Source: an uncultured Clostridium sp. (GTDB lineage: Bacteria > Bacillota > Clostridia > TANB77 > CAG-508). From it: a stretch of 28,644 nt of DNA. How positions within the stretch are numbered: position 1 is the stretch's first letter; every line of letters starts with the position of its first letter. The DNA is taken from NCBI GenBank assembly GCA_946008205.1, contig CAMGAZ010000001.1:1-28644 (forward strand), read 5' to 3'. Below, one piece after another: positions 1 to 8,212 of the stretch. Below the pieces are notes generated by a model that searched no databases, was not told the DNA's origin, and was given only the letters and a program-made list of their open reading frames with translations. A program made the position numbers and the translations under genes.

Positions 1-100
1 TGACTTATTCTATGTTATCATTATTTTTAATAATAGACCCTTTTGTCTTAGGTTCACTCAATTTTTCCAAAATCGCTCACGCGACTAGGCCCCACCATCT
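1..100 (-). mobile_element. 5' part of a probable group I intron interrupting terL (continues off the window)
   Basis: Minus strand: exon ends ...AUCCCU, intron starts AGAUGGUGGGGCC. GGGG (93-90) pairs with exon CCCU with a G.U pair at the splice site (P1). A GUCGC-GUGA-GCGAU hairpin has a GNRA loop (P2-like, 85-72). AAUUGAGUGAA (63-53) resembles the J3/4-P4 element. All three frames stop within about 100 nt. Confidence 0.7.
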
Positions 101-703
101 AGGGATTATAACTTCATTCAGGATCGTGCCATCTACCCCGACGACCTCTTCTATAGTCCCATCGGTCCTACGTTTACCTCTCGAGGTCTCACGGGCAGCC
201 ACATTATCTATATACGAGCCATTCTTAAATAATATCTTGGTATAATCTTTTGATTTTGTTGTACCTTTACCCCTTCCCTCATAAATCTCGTTCTTAAGAG
301 CGGGAATAAGCTCGCATAATTCATCAACTTTCTCTGCTAAGATACCAGAGGCCTGTTCCTTACCACCAGAGGTTACGAACGAGTGTGAGTTAGGATAGAG
401 TATGGCTTTTACCATCTTGGCTAATACCGCGAGGAACGACTTCGAGTATGCGCGAGGGTAGACGGCATATACATACTTATGCCTAAGAGCCGCACGCAAG
501 AATACGCGCTGATAGTAATAGAACCGGAATTTATTATCTGGATTCAAACTTGCAAGCCAATCTACAAACAAATCTGGATACCATCTAAAAAATGAAATTA
601 TTTTTCTACCTTCTGCAACAGCATCCTTGAGGCGTTCTTCAGACATACCCATTTTAACAGTTTCTTTAGAATGAGAAAGATTTAATAAGTCATTAAGCGC
701 CAT
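101..703 (-). CDS. terL: Terminase large subunit, N-terminal ATPase exon
   Basis: FYYYQR Q-motif region, Walker A-like VYPRAYSKS, FKNGS coupling region, RGKRR and Walker B-like TIEE followed by ILNEVIIP. The ORF track runs to a stop at 77, but the last residues (RWWGLVA) read into the putative intron. Confidence 0.88.
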
Positions 704-1886
704 CTTCTTCCTCTCTTTCTATATCTGCGGCAAGTTCTTGCTCTTCAAACGCGCGCAGCTCCTGATAATCCTCTAAAGGCGAGTATTCTGGATCTTCGTC
801 TGCAAACTTCATTATTTCATCAATAGCATCCTGTTCTGTATGTTCATTTTCTTTTTCTATTGCTTTAATAGCACTTTCAATTAGCATATCAAGACTTGAT
901 TCAGTTTGTACAAGAGTGCGCAAGTAGCGTTTGGTATCTGCCAATGTCTCATCTACTCTGTCTTGCGGTTCTGGCGTATAATATTGCGGAATAAAACCAC
1001 CTTCTTGTTCACAAAGCGCGACAAACTTACCAAGACAATCAATTCCCTTAGATTCATCGCGGAGCTGGCTTGAAGTGAATTTGTTCTGCTTCATAAGGGT
1101 TTCATACACGCGTGTGAGCTTTTGGAACCCGTCCACGTCTCCAAGGTCTATTAACTGGTGGGCTTTGAGCGAGGTCTTGCAAATCATTTTTAAACTATCG
1201 CGCTCGCCCGCGGTCTGTATGTCATAGGATTCATTCATTTCAACCCAAAGTTGTTCTAACTTAACCCACTCATCAGGAGAATATGAACTACCCCATTTAA
1301 TAGAAAGATAATTAATATCATCTTCAGTTAATCCTAATTCTTCCGCAGATTGCGTATTAGATGCAAGAGGAGAAGAAATAGTTGCGCTTTCTGCTGCGGC
1401 TTTGCGCTCAGCTTCTTTAAAAATTTCTGGCTTTTCTAATGGCGCGCGGTCTTCCTCAAGGGTCTTTTGAATCTCGCTCTCGGTCTTTCCCTGCTGGCGC
1501 ATTGACACTTCTTTTTCATTATCTTCTACCTTCATAAGGTATTCAGTATCATTCCACCTGTATTTCTTATATTGCGCCATTCGCATCGCGCCCAAGTATC
1601 TACCTATAACGGTCATACCATTAACCTTGGCTGGGTCTTGACAGTAGGTTTTAAGTAACTTATTCCAAACGCGCGGTATGTAAGGCACGTCCGCTTCTTG
1701 TAAAATTGGTAAATAAGTATCTGCGTCCCAGTTGTCTACATTCATTGTGATACACTTTTTACAAATATTCATATAACCATTGTTTTTAGCATATTTTTCC
1801 AAATTACTTTTATAAAAACTATCTTCAACATATGTAGATTTACATTTTTCGCAGTAAATTTTTCTTTTTGTTGATGATCTTCCCAA
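693..1886 (-). CDS. Conserved phage protein with N-terminal CxxC...CxxC motif; candidate terminase small subunit by position
   Basis: 397 aa, TTG start behind an AAGGAGGTG RBS. Motifs CEKC...FYKS...ICKKC, acidic tail. Overlaps the terL start. Confidence 0.6.
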   Translation of the reverse strand: MGRSSTKRKIYCEKCKSTYVEDSFYKSNLEKYAKNNGYMNICKKCITMNVDNWDADTYLPILQEADVPYIPRVWNKLLKTYCQDPAKVNGMTVIGRYLGAMRMAQYKKYRWNDTEYLMKVEDNEKEVSMRQQGKTESEIQKTLEEDRAPLEKPEIFKEAERKAAAESATISSPLASNTQSAEELGLTEDDINYLSIKWGSSYSPDEWVKLEQLWVEMNESYDIQTAGERDSLKMICKTSLKAHQLIDLGDVDGFQKLTRVYETLMKQNKFTSSQLRDESKGIDCLGKFVALCEQEGGFIPQYYTPEPQDRVDETLADTKRYLRTLVQTESSLDMLIESAIKAIEKENEHTEQDAIDEIMKFADEDPEYSPLEDYQELRAFEEQELAADIEREEEDGA

Positions 1887-1913
1887 AAAGATAACACCTC
1901 CTTTATTTTATAT

Positions 1914-1955
1914 AAAAAAAGGTCAGACCATATTATAGAGGTCTGACCTTTTTAT
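1914..1955. terminator. Inverted repeat with A/T tails on both sides (bidirectional terminator-like)
   Basis: AAAAAAAGGTCAGACC-atattataga-GGTCTGACCTTTTT; overlaps the stop codon of 1933..2982. Confidence 0.65.
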
Positions 1956-2982
1956 TTCGACATTCTTTACAAATACTATAAAGTCCATCCTTGCTTGTTT
2001 TATTTCTAGTAAAATAACGAGGAATAGATAATTTATTTTGACCACATTTTGAACAACGTTTATATTTACCTTTTTCCTTTTCCGTATAATACCATTCAAG
2101 CCATTCTTCTTGCGCTTGTTCTGCTATTGTATTAGGTATCTTGCGACACCACAGAGAAGAAATAAATTCTTCTGAATATTCTACTTTAAAATCTTGCATT
2201 AATTTTTCTCGTATTTGAGAATTTGTTTTTCCATCTATCTTAGCAATAGCAATAGCATAAAGAATAGGATGTTTTGAAAGCGCGCGTTCGCTTAAGGCGT
2301 CAAAATCTCGTACCGCGGACCACATATCAGCGTTAAGTTCTTCTGAACAGTCCTGGTGCAATCGCGAGTAATTTTGAAGCATCTGCGCGCATACATCATT
2401 TCTTAAAAATGAAAAGCCTTCAATATTAAAGACACCTTCTTCATTTATTGAGATTTCTTCATTTAAAAAGATAACCGTCTTAGTTTTTGTAATTGCTTTA
2501 GGAATAATTGGAGGTCTATTACTCATTTTCATTAAGTATTGGTCTCTTCTCATTTCTATAAGCATTTTTTTTATCGCATATTTATTTCTTACCTCAGAGG
2601 TTTCTTTTAGTCTATCTTCCCAAAATTTTATTGTATCGAGCATCTGTTGCAAATCTTTATTTTCTTCTATGTCGCGCTTAGTAATAGTAATTTTAGGAGC
2701 TAAAAGCACATTTTTATTATCTGAAGTTAAATTATATATTCCATCTTCGCCGCCATCTAATTGAGAAACCAAGCCCTCAAATGAAGTTTCACGTTTTGCT
2801 ATAGTAGTCGCGCGATTAGAAGTTGTAACTTCTTTAGAGCGTTCTTTTTTTTCTATTGCAAAAACTAAATAATCGGCGAGGGTTTCTAGTGTTCGAGAAG
2901 ATGGATTAGGATTTTCTGCCAGAAATTCATTTACTTTTTGTAAACGCTCTTCTGGGTCTGTTATTTTTTTATCTACTATCAT
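1933..2982 (-). CDS. Conserved phage protein with HTH-like segment and C-terminal zinc ribbon
   Basis: 349 aa. C-terminal KRCSKC...LYSICKEC. The segment KIDGKTNSQIREKL...YSEEFISSLW is HTH-like. Confidence 0.75.
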   Translation of the reverse strand: MIVDKKITDPEERLQKVNEFLAENPNPSSRTLETLADYLVFAIEKKERSKEVTTSNRATTIAKRETSFEGLVSQLDGGEDGIYNLTSDNKNVLLAPKITITKRDIEENKDLQQMLDTIKFWEDRLKETSEVRNKYAIKKMLIEMRRDQYLMKMSNRPPIIPKAITKTKTVIFLNEEISINEEGVFNIEGFSFLRNDVCAQMLQNYSRLHQDCSEELNADMWSAVRDFDALSERALSKHPILYAIAIAKIDGKTNSQIREKLMQDFKVEYSEEFISSLWCRKIPNTIAEQAQEEWLEWYYTEKEKGKYKRCSKCGQNKLSIPRYFTRNKTSKDGLYSICKECRNKKVRPL

Positions 2983-3043
2983 TTTAGTTTATCAAACCAT
3001 TCCGCTTATTATAATTTTTTTCTTTTTACCAATTAACAAATAT

Positions 3044-3072
3044 ATTATACCAAAATTTTTATCTTTCGTCAA
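3044..3072 (-). promoter_or_regulatory. sigmaA promoter for 1933..2982
   Basis: TTGACG-17 nt-TATAAT on the minus strand. Confidence 0.8.
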
Positions 3073-3107
3073 GCGTATTTGCCCAAAAAAAATGCGCCGC
3101 AGCAAAT

Positions 3108-3136
3108 TTGACAATGCAAAAAATTTATGCTAAAAT
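3108..3136 (+). promoter_or_regulatory. sigmaA promoter, divergent
   Basis: TTGACA-17 nt-TAAAAT with an extended TG. Confidence 0.7.
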
Positions 3137-3270
3137 TTTGTTGTAAACAAAAAACAAACAAAAAAAAGCAAAAACTGTGTCGAGGTCTAGACTAAAACTC
3201 TATTATAAAAATTATAAAAAATATTATATAATAAATATATAAAGAAAAAGAAAGAAAGCGCAAAGAAAAA

Positions 3271-3299
3271 TTGGAAAACACAAAAAATTATGATATAAT
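3271..3299 (+). promoter_or_regulatory. sigmaA promoter upstream of AbrB gene
   Basis: TTGGAA-17 nt-TATAAT with an extended TG. Confidence 0.6.
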
Positions 3300-3350
3300 A
3301 AATATATCAATTCACTTAAAAAATTATTGCAAAAGGAAAGGAAAAATAAA

Positions 3351-3638
3351 ATGAATTTAATAAATGAAAGCGCAAGCCGCAAGATTGATGATTTAGGCAG
3401 AATAACTATTCCTAAGAATATGAGAAAAAGATTAAATGTAAGAGCGGGAGAGGATTTAGATTTTTATAGTTTAGAACATGAAGGTAAATATTATGTATGT
3501 TTAACTTCTAAGCGGAATCCGCCATCTTATAAATATAAAGTAGTAACAGATATTTTTAAAGAATATAATATAGAAGTACCAAAAGAATTTTTAGATGCAA
3601 TAGCAAAAGAAACATTTGAAGCAAGAGAAGAAAAGTAA
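3351..3638 (+). CDS. abrB: AbrB/SpoVT-family transcription regulator
   Basis: SRKIDDLGRITIPKNMRKRLNVRAGEDLDF matches the AbrB swapped-hairpin signature. ATG 3351 follows an AAGGAAAGG RBS. Confidence 0.85.
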   Translation: MNLINESASRKIDDLGRITIPKNMRKRLNVRAGEDLDFYSLEHEGKYYVCLTSKRNPPSYKYKVVTDIFKEYNIEVPKEFLDAIAKETFEAREEK

Positions 3639-3650
3639 AGGAGAAAGAGA

Positions 3651-3734
3651 ATGTTTGCGATATTAATAATTTTAGGATTTATATTTTTACCAACTTATTG
3701 TATGATTAAAGCGCAGGAAATGAATAAATATTAA
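3651..3734 (+). CDS. 27-aa hydrophobic small protein (not in ORF track)
   Basis: MFAILIILGFIFLPTYCMIKAQEMNKY behind an AAGGAG RBS. Confidence 0.5.
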   Translation: MFAILIILGFIFLPTYCMIKAQEMNKY

Positions 3735-3837
3735 TTTTTAACACGCAAGAGCAAAGAAAAAAGGAGCGCAGACTCTGATAAAAATTTGTCAGACACTGGC
3801 GCGTCTTATTTTAAAACATGGAAAGGAATAAAAGAGT

Positions 3838-4443
3838 ATGATAAATAATTATCAGAGTTTGCCGCCTGAAGAGCATGGCATCATTACCAACGCATGCATT
3901 TATAATATGAGTAATGCTGTGCGCGCGTCTAAATATCCTATGGCGGCAGATGTAAGTAAGTGTACTGATGAAATTAAGGATATTACAAAGAAACTTGCAA
4001 ACGCGCCTCGCGGAAGTGGACATGACAATTTTCTGCATGGAATTTTACTGGGATTTGATTTGACGCTTAGTAATAAGGCGTGGGTTGAATGGGAAAGGTA
4101 TCACTTCCAGGACATAGTCAGCTCTCAAAGTACTATGCACAGAATCGTAAAATTGGTAGATGAGAATGACCCTTTTAATGAGTGGGTTACTGATAATACG
4201 AAAGAAGAAGTTAGAAGATTGGTTGATGAATATAATAATGCTTCTAAGGAAGAGAAAGATGATGCTTATTTGACGCTTTTGTATAATGTGCCAAGTGGAT
4301 TAAAGTTGACTGCGGGAATTGTAACGAATATGGGTCAGATAAAGACAATGATAGGACAAAGAGAATTTCATAGACTGCCAGAATGGAGATACGTGATTGC
4401 TTATTTTAAAAAGGTGAGTGATTGGCTAGGAGTTGCCTTATAG
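3838..4443 (+). CDS. thyX: Divergent ThyX-like (flavin-dependent thymidylate synthase fold) protein
   Basis: GSGHDNFL, ERYHF..SSQSTMHR, TNMGQIKTMIGQREFHRLPEW resemble the clostridial/phage ThyX-like family. The canonical RHRx7SxR motif is altered. Confidence 0.62.
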   Translation: MINNYQSLPPEEHGIITNACIYNMSNAVRASKYPMAADVSKCTDEIKDITKKLANAPRGSGHDNFLHGILLGFDLTLSNKAWVEWERYHFQDIVSSQSTMHRIVKLVDENDPFNEWVTDNTKEEVRRLVDEYNNASKEEKDDAYLTLLYNVPSGLKLTAGIVTNMGQIKTMIGQREFHRLPEWRYVIAYFKKVSDWLGVAL

Positions 4444-4875
4444 GCAACTCCAAATGGTTTTAAGACTTCCCGTCTTTTAATTTTAAAATGGTTTTAAGAA
4501 AGTTTTTTTCCAGGCAATCTCGATATGCTTCACAATTTAAAGATTTACCCGTAATATACCCGCCCCACCTGTATTTTTAACTGATAAAAATATAACAAAT
4601 GTATTGTTGACTTGTTCAACTATTGTATAAAACAATTAAAATACACCCTGCTACACTGTAAACGTATAAAAGCCGTTTATAGTGTTTTTTTATGTGTTAT
4701 TGATACATTACACCTATAAGCATATAAAATCGCTTAAAACGCAATTTAAAGTCTTACAAGCCTATATATGATATATTCATGTGGTCGCTATTGCATCAGT
4801 TCTATATTTAATTAGTTACATCAAACAAATAAAAATTCAGATCTGAAAAAAATTGAAAAAAACTAAAAAAAGTAT

Positions 4876-4988
4876 TTGACATTGATTCGTAGGTTTGTTA
4901 TTATAATGGTGCGGACGGCGTTAAGGTCGAACGCAAGAAAAAAAATAAAAAATAAGGCTTGACAAACAAGTCTGAACGGTAGTAAAAT
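4876..4988 (+). promoter_or_regulatory. Tandem sigmaA promoters opening the early region
   Basis: TTGACA 4876-17 nt-TATTAT (TATAAT 3 nt further on); TTGACA 4959-18 nt-TAAAAT. Confidence 0.7.
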
Positions 4989-5119
4989 GATTACCGTAGA
5001 CAACTTAATACAGAGACACCCGACCGCGTGAAATAGGCTTTAAAGTCGGGGCGGCACGAAATAAGACCGCACAAAACGTATAACTATTGAAACATTAATA
5101 TAATTGGAGGTAAATTAAA

Positions 5120-5404
5120 ATGTTAAAATTAAAGTGTAATACGACTAACGTGAGACCTGAAATAGCTGCTGTAGTGACGGCAGCTTTAAATAAATCGTAC
5201 TGGATGAATGATGTTAAATGCATCATTCGACATAACAGTATTGAGTTTAATTCACGTCATTCAAGCTGGACTGTCGACATAGAGTTCGACCGTCAGACTA
5301 AAAAATATGAAGTCTGTTGGTTTGAAAATAATGTCGCTGACAAAATGATTATAATGGATTCTCCGGAACTCATTATAATGACCGTCATGGACACGTTTTT
5401 TTAA
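5120..5404 (+). CDS. Hypothetical early protein
   Basis: 94 aa, GGAGGT RBS. Confidence 0.8.
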   Translation: MLKLKCNTTNVRPEIAAVVTAALNKSYWMNDVKCIIRHNSIEFNSRHSSWTVDIEFDRQTKKYEVCWFENNVADKMIIMDSPELIIMTVMDTFF

Positions 5405-5415
5405 GGGGGCAAATT

Positions 5416-5661
5416 ATGTTACAAGATAGTAAATATTATATGAAAAAACTTTATAAATCTTTAAGTCCTTGTGAAACAATGTTTCATAAGGACGGACTTA
5501 TAAACATAGAAAGCAACATATCTGACAGATGCGTTGCTATTCTATGGATGTTTCATTATGCTGTTGTAAGCAATAACGGTATAGTGAAACAGTGGCACGG
5601 TGGACGTGCAAAACAGTATGCATTAAAATATGCATACGAAATATTAGAGAGAGAGGTATAA
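5416..5661 (+). CDS. Hypothetical early protein
   Basis: 81 aa, AAGGGGG RBS, operon spacing. Confidence 0.75.
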   Translation: MLQDSKYYMKKLYKSLSPCETMFHKDGLINIESNISDRCVAILWMFHYAVVSNNGIVKQWHGGRAKQYALKYAYEILEREV

Positions 5662-5662
5662 T

Positions 5663-5956
5663 ATGGTAAAAAAAATAGTTGGTATGTTATTAATAGGCGT
5701 TGTGATAGGCTATTGTCTACCACATACGCCAGTTCTCACCGATATAAAAGATGGTGAGAATTACGCTGTTGCTACATTCTTGGAGGATTCTAAGAATGTA
5801 GGTAATGGCGTATTCATTTATGACGGCGGTCATAGTACCGCCAGTAATAAGCAGGTGATTGATTCGCCTATAAAACGCGCACCATTACATGATGGTGCAA
5901 ATTATATAGTTAAACTCAGCAATGATTCAATTGTTGAATGGTACAGATTAAAATAA
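5663..5956 (+). CDS. Hypothetical protein with N-terminal membrane anchor
   Basis: 97 aa, GAGGT RBS, hydrophobic KKIVGMLLIGVVIGYC. Confidence 0.78.
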   Translation: MVKKIVGMLLIGVVIGYCLPHTPVLTDIKDGENYAVATFLEDSKNVGNGVFIYDGGHSTASNKQVIDSPIKRAPLHDGANYIVKLSNDSIVEWYRLK

Positions 5957-5970
5957 GGAGGTAAAAAATT

Positions 5971-6315
5971 ATGAAAAGCAATAGAATTAATACAATCACA
6001 CTGGCTGATTATAGTCAGTTTGTTGACGGCAAGCATCGCAACGGTGGATGTTACGGCTATGATACTATATACACATATAGTCCTGAACAGGATAGGTTTA
6101 CACGTGAGTGGTGTACTACGTGTGAACTCACACCAGACGGAGAGCCGGTTGACGGTTATCCACTGTATGCAACTATCAGCGAATTGATAGATTTTGTCCG
6201 TCAATCCGCTGATACGCCAAATTGCGCCGTATACGTAAATGACGTATGTGTGTGGGAGTCTACTCCGATAGACTCCCATGATATAGACGAATCAAGTCTA
6301 TATCTTGACGAATAA
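5971..6315 (+). CDS. Hypothetical acidic protein
   Basis: 114 aa, AAGGAGGT RBS, followed by a terminator. Confidence 0.8.
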   Translation: MKSNRINTITLADYSQFVDGKHRNGGCYGYDTIYTYSPEQDRFTREWCTTCELTPDGEPVDGYPLYATISELIDFVRQSADTPNCAVYVNDVCVWESTPIDSHDIDESSLYLDE

Positions 6316-6345
6316 AAACAAGGGCGTTACGCCCTTGTTTTTTTT
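6316..6345 (+). terminator. Intrinsic terminator
   Basis: AAACAAGGGCG-tta-CGCCCTTGTTT plus a T-run. Confidence 0.85.
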
Positions 6346-6349
6346 ATTT

Positions 6350-7375
6350 AAAGTGAACATACGTTCGTTTCACAAGTTAGTTAGTTAATCCTAACCAACG
6401 AACGTATGTTCGCTTTAGTACATTAAAGGGGTAAAGTAATTGCCCTGCACAAGAATATGCTTTAATGCTTTAGTGTATTAAAGTAATTTACATTTCATTT
6501 ATTAACTGTTCCACTTTAGTGTATTAAAGTGTTTCATTTGTTTATGATTTTCTTTTTTCGCTTTAATGCGATAAAGTATTTTACAAATGAAATATTGAAC
6601 TGTTCCACTTTATCACTTTAACGCGTTAAAGCAAGAAAATCATAAATCATTGCACTTTACCACTTTAATGTGGTGAAGTGCTGAAGCCGAGCCAAGACGC
6701 TGCATCTTTTTGGTCACTTGTTGCGTCTTGGCTCGGCATTTAATTGAATTGTGAATTACTGATTTTTTAATTGAAAAGTGCATAGAGCAAAAGTGAAATA
6801 TTGTACCCGAAACTATTGACCTCTGCATAAAAACACAAATGAATTATTAGTTAGTTCCATAGTTGCTGCCGCAACGTTCCACTTTTCATTATCCTCTTCA
6901 ATTTTTTCTGGTGTTGTAATCTCCTGTTCTCGATTGAATTTATAAATATATTGAGGTGTTCGAGAACAGGTGTTTAGTTCACAAGTAAAGTGTACGTGTG
7001 TTCGCTATTGCAATGTTCTTAAAAGAACAAGTATGTGGTTAAAAAGAACAAATATTCAGCTTATATGTTCTTTAATCGAACAAAAGAGAATAGATAAAAG
7101 AACTAATATGCAGAATATTTGTTTTAAAAAGCCAAAAAGACCAGTTGACGAACAAATATTCGGAATAAAAAGAATGAAATAGGTGTATATGTGGCTAAAA
7201 AGAACAAATATTTAGATTATGTGTCCGGGTCACAAGCAATAGAAGAACTAATATGCAGAACGCACGTTTGTGCTGCGTGCGATAAAAGAACTAATATGTA
7301 GAACATATATTCATGAACCAATATGTAGAACAGAGGTTTAAAGAACGTATGTATACAGAACAAATATTTGGAATG
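6350..7375. repeat. Non-coding module M1: SOS-box inverted repeat, CTTTA-N6-TAAAG array, GC hairpin, 15-mer, SOS-box array
   Basis: SOS-box IR 6350-6416; CTTTA-N6-TAAAG at 6413, 6468, 6514, 6561, 6616; 15-bp hairpin 6686-6737; CCCGAAACTATTGAC 6806; GAAC-N4-RTTY array 6964-7369. Confidence 0.85.
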
Positions 7376-7418
7376 AGATTGTACTGAAATAAAAATAATA
7401 TAAAATGCGTAAAATGTA

Positions 7419-7447
7419 TTGACAAATATATAAATCTGTAGTAATAT
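7419..7447 (+). promoter_or_regulatory. sigmaA promoter
   Basis: TTGACA-17 nt-TAATAT; nearly identical to the promoter at 8810. Confidence 0.75.
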
Positions 7448-7498
7448 GTATACATAAGTTAAAACAAATTAAAAAAAACAGTAAAGGATGGTTTTAAA

Positions 7499-7786
7499 AT
7501 GAAAAAGTTAATTATTTTAATATCAATTGTTGCTATTACATTCGGTTGTGGTTATGCACTTAAAGCAACAGAAAGTAAAGTACATACGTATACAGACGAA
7601 TGTACATATTATTCAAATAATCCGGAGTGCCCGCAGCTGGGCGGCTCGTTTTATGGCTCTGAAATATGGGATATAAACAATCCAACTTTAGAGGATGGTA
7701 AGACATACATGGTTGAATTAAGCAACCATAAAACGCCTGACGATGCGACAGACGATATTGTAATAGGGTGGACTTTACAGGAATAA
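7499..7786 (+). CDS. Hypothetical protein with N-terminal signal/TM segment
   Basis: 95 aa, MKKLIILISIVAITFGCGYALKA; AAAGGA RBS. Confidence 0.82.
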   Translation: MKKLIILISIVAITFGCGYALKATESKVHTYTDECTYYSNNPECPQLGGSFYGSEIWDINNPTLEDGKTYMVELSNHKTPDDATDDIVIGWTLQE

Positions 7787-7813
7787 ACGGCTCACGCCGT
7801 TTATTTTTTTTTT
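7783..7813 (+). terminator. Intrinsic terminator
   Basis: ATAAACGGC-tcac-GCCGTTTAT plus a T-run. Confidence 0.8.
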
Positions 7814-7879
7814 ATGTTCTATTGTGTATACAACATACAATATATTTTAAAAATATATGATGTTTTTTCTTAAAATGTA

Positions 7880-7908
7880 TTGACAACATTAGAAATACAC
7901 GTTATAAT
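7880..7908 (+). promoter_or_regulatory. sigmaA promoter
   Basis: Perfect TTGACA-17 nt-TATAAT. Confidence 0.85.
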
Positions 7909-7954
7909 AAGACATAAGTTAAATCAAGAAAACATAATGAGAGGAAGTAATAAT

Positions 7955-8176
7955 ATGACAAAGACAGCAAGAGAATTATTAATACAGAATGGTTTTGAAA
8001 CAACAGATAACAATGTATTTACATTGTATATCTTAAATGAAACCGTTATTTTTGACGGTGATAATATCACTTTTAAAAGCATAGACAGAACTGTTTGCGC
8101 TCCAACAGAAAATGATAAAATTGATTTTATTCTTAATTTTATCATGAGTAGTTATACAACTTGTTTTTTAGCATAA
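7955..8176 (+). CDS. Hypothetical protein
   Basis: ATG 7955 behind a GAGAGGA RBS; the longer ORF-track start lies inside the promoter. Confidence 0.72.
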   Translation: MTKTARELLIQNGFETTDNNVFTLYILNETVIFDGDNITFKSIDRTVCAPTENDKIDFILNFIMSSYTTCFLA

Positions 8177-8212
8177 AATAAAATGGTCTGATTTTTCAGA
8201 CCATTTTATTTT
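8176..8212 (+). terminator. Intrinsic terminator
   Basis: AAATAAAATGGTCTGA-tttt-TCAGACCATTTTATTT plus a T-run. Confidence 0.8.

Noticed and set aside
1-100. Stop-codon recoding, a simple frameshift or a group II intron as the explanation for the short terL
   Set aside because: Reading through the TGA gives a short non-terminase peptide ending in TAA; both other frames stop within about 60 nt; there is no GUGYG 5' end. Other genes end sensibly at TAA, TAG and TGA, so the standard code fits.
5080-5100. rrn boxA-like antitermination signal (TTGAAAC; also about 10612)
   Set aside because: Match to TCTTTGAAAACT is too partial to support.
6806-6845. TTGAC within CCCGAAACTATTGAC as a -35 box
   Set aside because: No -10 hexamer at 16-18 nt in the copies examined (6806, 13326).
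6960-7375. CRISPR-like or mini-array interpretation of the AGAAC repeats
   Set aside because: Units are short, degenerate and irregularly spaced, with no constant repeat or unique spacers and no cas genes; SOS boxes explain them better.
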